Origin: Victivallaceae bacterium
GTDB taxonomy: Bacteria; Verrucomicrobiota; Lentisphaeria; Victivallales; Victivallaceae
DNA: 64,000 nucleotides
Reading direction: 5' to 3'
Assembly: GCA_045586645.1 (NCBI GenBank)
Contig: JAZNAR010000040.1
Span: forward strand, 6,661-70,660
The position numbers and the translations under genes are program-made. Shown here one piece after another: positions 1 to 8,443 of this stretch (the stretch's first letter is position 1; each line of letters starts with the position of its first letter). The notes under the pieces are model-generated. The model was not told where the DNA came from. It ran no database searches and saw only the letters and a program-made list of their open reading frames with translations.

Positions 1-9
1 ATCTGTCTG

Positions 10-3000
10 TCAGATTTCAACCTCATCAAAACGTCCCATACCGCCGACCGGAAAACCGAGCGTGACAGTGCCGTATTTTTCCAAATCGCGGAATCCCAGT
101 CCGGATTCAGAACGCACCGGACACCATGCTCCCCTGTCACCGCCTTTGCCTATCCGGCTGCGGCAGAAATTCGCCCGCAGAGTAACTCCCGGAACCGCTT
201 CTTTCACCGCCAGTTGTGACCACGGTATCTGCGCGGCGACCGCATAACCGCCATCGGGCAGCTGACAACTTGTGACTTTTGCGCCGTAATATGTTCCTTC
301 CGGAATGTCAACGTAACGCCCTTTGCCATCCACAGAGAGCTGAATAAGTTTTTTATCTGCCGTTTCCAGAAAAATATCCACACAGTCATTGGCATAGGGC
401 AGTTTCGACGGAGTCTGCACCGCCCGGGCTTTTTCAGAGGCAAATATCACCAGATACAGATTTCTGTCATCGTAACTCAAATATCCGGAAGTGCGCTGGG
501 TCAACTCCTCGCTCTCGCCGTAAGGCTGCAGAGCGGATATTTTCGCCCATTTGGCAAAATCAGATTCTTTCAAAGCCGCCGGGAACTCCCGGAGCTTCGG
601 CAGATAAAGCGGCTCGGGAATGAATCCCGCCTTTTTTACATTGGAAACATCTCTGCCCCGGGCAAAATCCCCCGTACTGCGGTCGTTGAATTTCAGAATG
701 GAAAGAGTAAACATCCTGTTGGCAAGGATATGGTTGTTACCGGCGGCAAAAATCACCGTACCATCCCAATTTTCCGGAGCATATTTCCGCAAATCCAGTG
801 AAAATACGGTTTCCGGGCGTTCAAGGAAATTTTCCAGTCTGATGTAAGTGTCCTGTTTCCGTGCCGTTCCCCATTGCGGGAAGCGGTTTTCCAGATAACG
901 TGTTCCGATACCCCAGGAGAAAATGACCCGCTTGGTGTATTTGCCATTTACCCGGTAATCAACTGTGATACCGGAAAAATCGACTTGGGATTTCTCTCCG
1001 CCGTCCCACACATGGGAAGCCGATGCGAAAAACGATTTGGCCTGCAGGAAGTTGTGGGTAAGTTTCAGCTGCACGCATTCGGCTCCGGTAAATTCAAAGC
1101 CGCCGTAGTGGTTGATGTCCAGCACGTCATTGCGGCGGGTGGTTCCGACGGTAATGATCAACTTTTCCGGGTCGGCTTCTGCCACAACCGGCGGCAGATT
1201 CTGCTGCAATTTGCGTAACTCCCGGTGGGCACTTATAAAAGTTCCCGCCCGGTGAACGGTCACTCCGTCTTTGACAACTCCGGATTTCTGCCAGACGGTT
1301 TTCGCCGGTATCAGCGGATACGGCCGGTGTACCACCGAACTGTTTTTCCCTCCGGTAAGAATCAAAACCGCACCGATGTCAAGTTGGCCCGCCCGGCGGA
1401 TGCAATATGTCCCATCCTGAAAATGTTCCGGCAGCATCAGGGGAGATTTGCCGGTCAGACAGGAGAATCCGTCCCTTTCAACGACATACAATCCGCCTTT
1501 ATCGTTTTTGACACTTATCCGGCGGCCTTCACGCTCGATCTGTATCGGCACATTTTCCGCCGCCGGCTGCCGGGGAGTGCGGCGGAAACTCAACTCATGT
1601 GTTCCGGCAGGCACGGTGATTTTGGGCATGAGCAGACCGTTGATGTCGGTATATTCCACCGGAACACTTTGCCCATTCAGACGAATATCGGTGAAATCGT
1701 CGTTTTTATCAGCAAAAATCACCTCTGCACTTGGGAGCGAAGAGGTTATTCTGCCGTCTTTTATCTCAACACCTTTGCGTTTGGTAAAAAGATACGTTCC
1801 CGGTTTGCCGTTCACTGCACACACCGCAACCGGCGACGGAGATATGACATACTGCACAAGGTCGTTTTTGCCGACATTCCGGAAAGTGTGGACAAATTTG
1901 CCGGTATTTTTGCCGGAGTAGAGCAATTCCGGTACGGCACTGTTCAGACTGAACCAGCGGTATTTGGCATAAACGCCGCGGAGCTCTTTGTCGCTTAAGA
2001 TGTATTTCAACTCCGGTCCCTGCGGATAATTGGTGCGGTATGCCCAGATATTGATATCGGTTCCAACCGGATATGAGGGTATTTCAAGGTCGATTTCTGC
2101 ATTCAAATCGCTGATTTTTCCGGTACGGTTGATAAAAGAAAGCACGATGTCATCTGAATCCAGACGGCGCACACTGTAAGACTCCCAGTTTGTTTTCGGG
2201 TCGCGTTTCCAATCCGGGGAATAAAAGAGCTGCTGCGGCAATGTTTTGCCCATTTCATACACCGAGCGCAGCAATGTGATCGTGCCCGGATTGTTGCGCG
2301 CGACATCCCCCAATGCACAAATCCAGCCGTGAGAGAGAGTTCTGCCGAAATAATCGGCTATATCGTTCATATAGAGCAGCGAAATCCGGCTGCCCGGACG
2401 CATTTTTGAAACCATTTCCAACCCCAGACCGACACCGGCGAAATCCCGCCACTCGCTCCCCTGAAGCATCCGTGCCGGACACTCCATGTAATTTATGTCA
2501 GCATAGGGATTGCCGCTGCCGTTGAAAAAGAGGAACTGTCCGTTTTTCAAAGCCCGGCGGCGGATGCCGTCCCACAGCGGTATCGAGTGGTCATCGCGGA
2601 TAAGTTCTCCCGCCTGCCAGTTGATGGTGTTCTGGTATTGCGCCTCATCCTGATAAATAAAACCGATTTTGTAATCTTCTGCCATGGAACAGACTGAATC
2701 TATAAGAAAATCACGCACTTCCGGACGGTTTATCATCGTCTGGAAATTCGGCACCACGTTGGGGAAGTGGCTCTCTTTTTCACCGGTACGGTCACAGACC
2801 CGGAAATACTCCGGATGCTCCTGAAAAATCGGTGAATGTACCGAACCGGAAACCGTGATCGTATGAAATCCGCATCTGACCCGCGGAGAGACAGCTTTGG
2901 TCGCATCTATAAATTCCCCTATCTCCTCTCCGGTGATAAACCCGCCGGCATGGGCGTTGAAACCGTCTTTCCAGCGGTAGTCCGCCCAATCGGCGTTGAT

Positions 3001-3939
3001 CATGGTCTTGTTGATTATCATGCCTTCATCGGATATTTCGCTCAAATAGCGGTTGTACGGTTCAAATCCCCAGTTGTTTTCCGCAAAAACATCCAGCACA
3101 TCCGGCACGGTCGGCGGGATTTTGGCGTATGCCGCGGCGAAATCCGGGTCTTTGCAGTAAACATTTTCAAAAAATTCAAAAATATCGCCGGGGAAAAACA
3201 CAAAATGGTCGGTGTAGACAAATCTGCCGTTTTTTCCTGCCAGATCAAGCGTTCCCAAAGCCAGCCGCCAGCCGTCCGGCAGATAATAGAGCCGGTCATT
3301 CTTTTCCCGGTAACTGCCGATGGTCGACTGCCACCACGGGAAAACCACGGTATCGTTGAGCTTCACCCGGAAATGGGCAAAACTGCCGCTTTTGCGGTCG
3401 GGATTCACCAATACCATGCCTTTGCTCGACTGGACATAACTTTCCACCCGCGACGGCACCCGGACGTCCGGAGCGGGAATCAGCGGTCCGAGATAACCGG
3501 CTCCGAAATAATAGGCATTGCGCTTGAATTCAGGAGCAAAACGGCTGTCGGTGAATACCTGCAGAAAACGTTTTTCCGGAACCGTGTTGGTAAACGTCAT
3601 TTCCCGGCGCAGACCGTCATTGACCAAAAAATAGCGTTTGGTAACGGCAAAACCCGGCAGACGCGGATTGACACACTCGTAAACGAGGGCATCGCCGTCA
3701 CGGTATTGTTTCACCACCTTGTCCATGCGGTCGGTGGATTTGCAGTCACCATTGCTGCTCAACAGAAAGTAACGGCTGCCGAAACCTTTCACCACCACAC
3801 GGTTATCCGCTTTGCGGATGACTCCGGCAATGGAACCGGTAGCGTCATCAATGCGGTATATCGCACTGCTGCCGGACAACTCCCCGGCTCCGGCGGCGGC
3901 AGTGACAATAGAAATCAGCGTCAACAATATTTTTTTCAT
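10..3939 (-). CDS. large secreted multidomain protein (1309 aa), glycoside-hydrolase-like core with C-terminal CBM9/DOMON-like carbohydrate-binding module
   Basis: Single 1309-codon ORF with ATG at 3939. N-terminal signal peptide MKKILLTLISIVTAAAGAG. C-terminal segment (YLSYDDRNLYLVIFA..CVDIFLE..RANFCR) recalls CBM9-type modules. Family call is from recall only. Confidence 0.8.
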   Translation of the reverse strand: MKKILLTLISIVTAAAGAGELSGSSAIYRIDDATGSIAGVIRKADNRVVVKGFGSRYFLLSSNGDCKSTDRMDKVVKQYRDGDALVYECVNPRLPGFAVTKRYFLVNDGLRREMTFTNTVPEKRFLQVFTDSRFAPEFKRNAYYFGAGYLGPLIPAPDVRVPSRVESYVQSSKGMVLVNPDRKSGSFAHFRVKLNDTVVFPWWQSTIGSYREKNDRLYYLPDGWRLALGTLDLAGKNGRFVYTDHFVFFPGDIFEFFENVYCKDPDFAAAYAKIPPTVPDVLDVFAENNWGFEPYNRYLSEISDEGMIINKTMINADWADYRWKDGFNAHAGGFITGEEIGEFIDATKAVSPRVRCGFHTITVSGSVHSPIFQEHPEYFRVCDRTGEKESHFPNVVPNFQTMINRPEVRDFLIDSVCSMAEDYKIGFIYQDEAQYQNTINWQAGELIRDDHSIPLWDGIRRRALKNGQFLFFNGSGNPYADINYMECPARMLQGSEWRDFAGVGLGLEMVSKMRPGSRISLLYMNDIADYFGRTLSHGWICALGDVARNNPGTITLLRSVYEMGKTLPQQLFYSPDWKRDPKTNWESYSVRRLDSDDIVLSFINRTGKISDLNAEIDLEIPSYPVGTDINIWAYRTNYPQGPELKYILSDKELRGVYAKYRWFSLNSAVPELLYSGKNTGKFVHTFRNVGKNDLVQYVISPSPVAVCAVNGKPGTYLFTKRKGVEIKDGRITSSLPSAEVIFADKNDDFTDIRLNGQSVPVEYTDINGLLMPKITVPAGTHELSFRRTPRQPAAENVPIQIEREGRRISVKNDKGGLYVVERDGFSCLTGKSPLMLPEHFQDGTYCIRRAGQLDIGAVLILTGGKNSSVVHRPYPLIPAKTVWQKSGVVKDGVTVHRAGTFISAHRELRKLQQNLPPVVAEADPEKLIITVGTTRRNDVLDINHYGGFEFTGAECVQLKLTHNFLQAKSFFASASHVWDGGEKSQVDFSGITVDYRVNGKYTKRVIFSWGIGTRYLENRFPQWGTARKQDTYIRLENFLERPETVFSLDLRKYAPENWDGTVIFAAGNNHILANRMFTLSILKFNDRSTGDFARGRDVSNVKKAGFIPEPLYLPKLREFPAALKESDFAKWAKISALQPYGESEELTQRTSGYLSYDDRNLYLVIFASEKARAVQTPSKLPYANDCVDIFLETADKKLIQLSVDGKGRYVDIPEGTYYGAKVTSCQLPDGGYAVAAQIPWSQLAVKEAVPGVTLRANFCRSRIGKGGDRGAWCPVRSESGLGFRDLEKYGTVTLGFPVGGMGRFDEVEI

Positions 3940-4012
3940 AATAAATACTTCTCCATTTTTAAGTACACGATTTTTGTCATCGGTAATATTTTACCACAGG
4001 AAAAGCATTTTG

Positions 4013-4030
4013 GGAATGGATTATTTTGCC
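4013..4030 (+). promoter_or_regulatory. conserved cluster motif, site 1 (GGAATGGATTATTTTGCC)
   Basis: 73 nt separate it from the start codon (3939) of the minus-strand 1309-aa gene. The GGAATGG end faces that gene. Confidence 0.4.
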
Positions 4031-4234
4031 AATGCCGTACAATTACGGGCGATATGTCCGTTTTCCTCTTTTTTTCCGCCGCCGGAAGCACTTTTCATAC
4101 AGGCACAAAATATTTTCAAATGATTTTATACTGTGAAACTTGCATTTTCAGAAAAAATCCATATAGTAATTTTATGAAGTTCGTTCTCCTCTGAAATATT
4201 TTTATGGCAAAACGGCACATTTTTTACAGGCAAT

Positions 4235-4252
4235 GTCCAAATAATCCATTCC
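4235..4252 (-). promoter_or_regulatory. conserved cluster motif, site 2 (rc GGAATGGATTATTTGGAC)
   Basis: First 14 nt identical to site 1 in inverted orientation. 73 nt separate it from the ATG at 4326. Confidence 0.4.
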
Positions 4253-4325
4253 GCTTACGGTGTTTTATGAGTATATTTATAGCATGACATCAGAAATGTT
4301 CAGCAACCAATATCAGAGAGAAAAT

Positions 4326-5225
4326 ATGAAAATCATTTCCGGAACTTTTATTGATGGTATCGCCTGGGACATTCCCAGCAACAATTTCACCGCCGCCGAC
4401 TGGGCAAAAGAGTTTGATTCGCTGAAAAAAATGGGAATGGATTCTGTCATAATTATCAGAACCGGTTTTCTTGACCACGCGATGTTCAACAGTGAAGTGA
4501 TCAAGCCGACGCTTTATGAATCGCCCGATCTGGTCGCGATCCTGCTGGATGAAGCACAGCGCACCGGATTGAAACTTTACATGGGGTTGTATGAGTCGGT
4601 AAAATATTCTGCCGTCAACGACTGGGAAAATGAAGCGGCAATAAATATCGACTTTGTGGATGAATTGCTGGCGCGTTACGGCACTCATCCGGCATTCTAC
4701 GGCTGGTACATGAGTTATGAAGGCAATATCAGATTCTACCCCAACAAGATTTGGAAACCGCTCTGCAGCCACATCCGCAGTGTCGACAAGAGCCGTCCCA
4801 TCATCGCCTCGCCCCGCTACTGCGGACGCAAATATTTCACCGATTACCCCGAACCGCCGGATGTCCATGCCAAACACTTTGACTATCTGCTCGGCGATAT
4901 GGAAGGTCTCATCAGTGCCTATGCTTTTATGGATGGTCACACTGACTTCAAAGAGCTGGGCGATTATGTCAAAGCCACCTATGAAGTTTTTCAGAAACAC
5001 GGGATCGCGTACTGGTCAAATGTGGAAACTTTTGACCGGGATATGCGGTGGAAATTCCCCCCGATAGAGTGGATGAAAATGCGTTACAAAATGGAAGTTG
5101 TCCAGCCGTACGTGGAGAAACTCATCACTTTTGAAGCCCCGCATTTCCTCAGCCCCAACTCGCAATATCTGTCAGCGCGCAATCTTTACCGCCGTTACAT
5201 GGAATATATCGGTAAAGAAGCTTGA
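4326..5225 (+). CDS. DUF4434-like glycoside-hydrolase-fold protein
   Basis: Track ORF 4260..5225 opens with GTG. The ATG at 4326 (MKIISGTFIDGIAWDIPSNNF) aligns with the N-terminus of the paralogue at 7253..8194. Family by recall. Confidence 0.75.
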   Translation: MKIISGTFIDGIAWDIPSNNFTAADWAKEFDSLKKMGMDSVIIIRTGFLDHAMFNSEVIKPTLYESPDLVAILLDEAQRTGLKLYMGLYESVKYSAVNDWENEAAINIDFVDELLARYGTHPAFYGWYMSYEGNIRFYPNKIWKPLCSHIRSVDKSRPIIASPRYCGRKYFTDYPEPPDVHAKHFDYLLGDMEGLISAYAFMDGHTDFKELGDYVKATYEVFQKHGIAYWSNVETFDRDMRWKFPPIEWMKMRYKMEVVQPYVEKLITFEAPHFLSPNSQYLSARNLYRRYMEYIGKEA

Positions 5226-5251
5226 AACAAAATAAGGAAAGGAAAATTTTT

Positions 5252-6265
5252 ATGAAGTTATTTGCTTTACTGCTCGCCGCCGTGATGTCAGCCGGGATGG
5301 TTCACGCCGCGGAAAATCTGGTCAAAAACGGCGATTTTGCCATGAACGGCAGTGAGTGGAAATCCCCGCAATACACCGGCGGCAGAAAATTTCACACATT
5401 CATCCGCAATCAGCTGGTCGTTTCCGGCAATTCCGCGGCGAAATACAACTCATTTGTCACCCTTGTCCAGCAGCTGCCGCAGCTTGACCCCGCCAAAGAA
5501 TATCTGCTCCGTGCCGATTTTACCATCAACATTCCCGAACGGGCAAAAAAACACTTCCGCCTCGCCATCCGGCACGCTTCTCAAGATAATAAAACTCTGC
5601 TTTACTCCGACCTCAATCCGGATTTCAATTCGACCGGCAAACAGACCCGTACGATAAAATTCCGTCCTCACGCTTCAGGGGCAAAGTTTTACGTCTATGT
5701 TATTTCCATAAATCTTGCCGACAGCGATATTGTCACCGTTGACAACATTTCCGTCACAGAAGTTCCCGACTCATCCGGCAGCTCCGGCAATCTCGTGCAG
5801 AACGGCAATTTTGAATTCAGGAGCCTTGTCCCGTGGGAAACCCCTACCGGCAAAGCCCGGAACACCCCTTTTGCTCTTGTCACCGACCCGGAAACCGCCA
5901 ATGGCGTACTGACTGTCAACGGAGATGAGCAAAACAAATACAACAATTTTCTGACGCTCATTCAAACGCTGCCGCAATTGAATTCAGGCAAAAAATATCT
6001 GCTCAAAGCAAAATTCAAAGCCGGTTTGACCGACACTGCCAAAAAGGCGGTCGCAGTAAGCGTCCGTGAAAGCGATTATGATAATATCACTGTCGTCTAT
6101 GATGCTGTCAATGCAGATTTGAGCAACAGTGAATGGAAAGAATACTCTCTGGTTTTCATCCCCCGGGTCGAGGCTGACAAATTTCAGCTCTACATCCACA
6201 GTTCGCGTCTTGCCGACGGCGACAGGGTGCTGGTCGATGATATCAGTGTCACACCGGTAAAATGA
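5252..6265 (+). CDS. secreted protein with two tandem CBM4/9-like (galactose-binding-like) modules
   Basis: ATG at 5252 preceded by AAGGAAAGGAAA. Signal peptide MKLFALLLAAVMSAGMVHA. Two homologous halves start ENLVKNGDF and GNLVQNGNFEF. Confidence 0.8.
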   Translation: MKLFALLLAAVMSAGMVHAAENLVKNGDFAMNGSEWKSPQYTGGRKFHTFIRNQLVVSGNSAAKYNSFVTLVQQLPQLDPAKEYLLRADFTINIPERAKKHFRLAIRHASQDNKTLLYSDLNPDFNSTGKQTRTIKFRPHASGAKFYVYVISINLADSDIVTVDNISVTEVPDSSGSSGNLVQNGNFEFRSLVPWETPTGKARNTPFALVTDPETANGVLTVNGDEQNKYNNFLTLIQTLPQLNSGKKYLLKAKFKAGLTDTAKKAVAVSVRESDYDNITVVYDAVNADLSNSEWKEYSLVFIPRVEADKFQLYIHSSRLADGDRVLVDDISVTPVK

Positions 6266-7164
6266 CACTTCCACCGGGAGCCGTTTGTATGAAAGACCTT
6301 CTGAAAATACAGATGTTTGCAGATACTTCTCTGCGCTTTGTCAGTTACACATTGCACCCGGTGCTGTTGGATTTTCAATCCGCGCAGGTTATCCAGGACG
6401 GCAACTGGGAACAGCACACTCACTTCAAAGATTTTGAACTTATCATCCCGGCAGACGGAACTTATCAATGCACGCTTGATTCTGCGGAACTGAATTGCGC
6501 TCCAGGTGAATTTCTGCTCATTCAGCCGGGGCAGCGGCATCAGGACTTTTTTTCGCGCGGCAAAAAGTTTTACGCCTTTCATTTTGTGCTTTTCAATCCG
6601 GAAAAATCCATATATATCAGCAAATTGCTCTCCGATGCCGTCTCTCCGGCAAATCAGGTGTGCAAACTGCCGGAAAATGATTTTGCCGGAGAAATCATCG
6701 GACTGCTCTTTCAATCCGGATGCCGCAAACTGCCTTTCCCGGTCAGCGAAGGATTGTTTCTGACGCTGTTCCGGCTGCTCATGGGGGCATTTCAGCCTGC
6801 ATTGATTTCCGGAGATGTCAACGGCAACGGCAAAAAACACCGGTTGCTCCGGCAGGTGATGGAGATATTCAATTCGCATCTCAATTCCGGCGAATTGACT
6901 CCGGGCACGGCAGAAAAAAAGCTGAATATCTCGCAGCGCACCTGGCACCGGCTCTCCTATGAATTATTCGGTTCATCTCCCAAACACGCTTTTGAATACT
7001 TCCGCTTTTCGAGCATTTACAGTTTTATGCTCAAACACCCGGAATTGAGTGTAAAAGAGGTCGCCGGGCATTTCAACTTCAGTGACCCGTTTTATTTCTC
7101 AAGGGTTTTCCGCAGACATTTCGGCTATCCGCCGAGTGCCCTGAACGCCAGAAAAAAGAAGTAA
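6262..7164 (+). CDS. AraC-family transcriptional regulator
   Basis: C-terminal HTH signature (..SVKEVAGHFNFSDPFYFSRVFRRHFGYPPSA). The ATG at 6262 overlaps the upstream stop as ATGA. Alternative ATG at 6289. Confidence 0.85.
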   Translation: MTLPPGAVCMKDLLKIQMFADTSLRFVSYTLHPVLLDFQSAQVIQDGNWEQHTHFKDFELIIPADGTYQCTLDSAELNCAPGEFLLIQPGQRHQDFFSRGKKFYAFHFVLFNPEKSIYISKLLSDAVSPANQVCKLPENDFAGEIIGLLFQSGCRKLPFPVSEGLFLTLFRLLMGAFQPALISGDVNGNGKKHRLLRQVMEIFNSHLNSGELTPGTAEKKLNISQRTWHRLSYELFGSSPKHAFEYFRFSSIYSFMLKHPELSVKEVAGHFNFSDPFYFSRVFRRHFGYPPSALNARKKK

Positions 7165-7182
7165 TCTGCAACCGTTACGGAA

Positions 7183-7221
7183 AAAAGAGAGGCGATTTTC
7201 CATGAAATCTCCTCTCTTTTT
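7183..7221. terminator. bidirectional rho-independent terminator between convergent AraC and DUF4434 genes
   Basis: AAAAGAGAGG..GATTT-tccatg-AAATC..CCTCTCTTTT. The stem is flanked by A-run and T-run. Confidence 0.75.
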
Positions 7222-7252
7222 CTGAAGTACAGTATTTTGAAAAAAACGGAAC

Positions 7253-8194
7253 TTACTTTGCGCCGGCAAGATATTCCTGATAACGCTTGTACAATCCGTG
7301 GGCCGCACCGTAAACGCTGTTGGGGCTCATAAAGTGGGAAAACTCAAACGTGATGCCGTTGGTATATCCGGCGCGCTCGGCAGCCCGGAGCTTGTAGAGC
7401 ATCTTTTCCCACTTGATGGGCAGGAATTTTATCGGCATATCCCGGTCAAATGTTTCGCAGTTCGTCCAGCACTCCATGCCGAATTCCATACAGAGTTTGC
7501 GGTTGACTTCCAGATAGCTCTGCAGTTTGAAAATATCCGGATGACCATCCTGAAAACATACCAGATCGACAAATCCCTGCAGCTGACCGAGAATGATGCG
7601 CCACTCATTTTCATGCTCCAGTGCCGTGACTCCCTGCCCCTGTCTGACGGTCGTGGGGTCCCATGCGCTGTTGACTTTGTCGCCTTTCACCCAAGGAGAA
7701 ATCATCACCGGCAGACCTCCGGAAAGCTCCTTGCAAAGACGGCTCAATTCGACGTACATATCGACATATTTTCCCAGTCTGCAGCTGATTTCGTGACTCA
7801 AATACCAGCCTTTAAAAGCCTTGCGGTGTCCGTAACGCGCCCAGATCTCTTTGACGACTTCCAGATTTATTTCGATTTCTTTATCCCACATACCGTGTTC
7901 GGGGTAATAGATTGAGCAGTAAGTCGGGAAATAGAAATCCATCCCATGCTTTTCAGCGAGGTCGAGAAACATATCCGCCAAATCCACTTCCGGCATTGCC
8001 GTATTGTGGTTTTTGTGCAGATATTCGCTGGGATAAGCCATCCAGCGGCCCAACCCGCTGCGTATCATCACGACCATATCAATGCCGACAGCTTTCATGG
8101 CGGCAAAATCCCTGTCCCACTCCTCATATCCCCAGTTCTGATGCGGAATATCCCAACTGATTTCATCCAGAAATGTAGCTTTGAGTCTGACCAT
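7253..8194 (-). CDS. DUF4434-like glycoside-hydrolase-fold protein (paralogue of 4326..5225)
   Basis: MVRLKATFLDEISWDIPHQNWGYEEWDRDFAAMKAVGIDMVVMIRSG parallels the 4326 gene. Start chosen at the ATG at 8194; alternative ATGs at 8212 and 8254. Confidence 0.75.
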   Translation of the reverse strand: MVRLKATFLDEISWDIPHQNWGYEEWDRDFAAMKAVGIDMVVMIRSGLGRWMAYPSEYLHKNHNTAMPEVDLADMFLDLAEKHGMDFYFPTYCSIYYPEHGMWDKEIEINLEVVKEIWARYGHRKAFKGWYLSHEISCRLGKYVDMYVELSRLCKELSGGLPVMISPWVKGDKVNSAWDPTTVRQGQGVTALEHENEWRIILGQLQGFVDLVCFQDGHPDIFKLQSYLEVNRKLCMEFGMECWTNCETFDRDMPIKFLPIKWEKMLYKLRAAERAGYTNGITFEFSHFMSPNSVYGAAHGLYKRYQEYLAGAK

Positions 8195-8279
8195 GATACC
8201 AACACCTTTCATTAAAAATTTTGTGTTATTCTGCCCTGATATGAGCTTGTTCATAATTTACATCACGTTGATATTTAAG

Positions 8280-8297
8280 ACAATGGATTTTTTAGCC
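8280..8297 (+). promoter_or_regulatory. conserved cluster motif, site 3 (ACAATGGATTTTTTAGCC, degenerate)
   Basis: Upstream of the minus-strand DUF4434 paralogue, in the same gene-proximal orientation. Confidence 0.3.
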
Positions 8298-8343
8298 AAA
8301 ATATGTTTGTTTGCAGAAGCGGTTTTCAATTTTGTATAGCTTT

Positions 8344-8361
8344 GGCAAAAATATCCATTCC
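8344..8361 (-). promoter_or_regulatory. conserved cluster motif, site 4 (rc GGAATGGATATTTTTGCC)
   Basis: 82 nt separate it from the ATG at 8444 of the metallophosphoesterase gene. Flanking bases (TTGGCAAAA..CCATTCC-AAAATG) also match site 1. Confidence 0.4.
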
Positions 8362-8443
8362 AAAAATGTTATCTGCGGTGTAAAGTAACTGCGTGACGTA
8401 AAAAAGTCACTGTTTTCTGCAATCGTAAAAAAAGGAGAACTTT

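Noticed and set aside
2836-4194. 452-aa plus-strand ORF
   Set aside because: It is antisense to the 1309-aa secreted protein gene and runs into the promoter region. It has no RBS or motif.
4433-4443. Extra copy of the motif core GGGAATGGATT inside the DUF4434 coding sequence
   Set aside because: Only the first 11 nt match and the remainder diverges. It encodes MGMDS in a conserved protein block, so it is probably coincidental.
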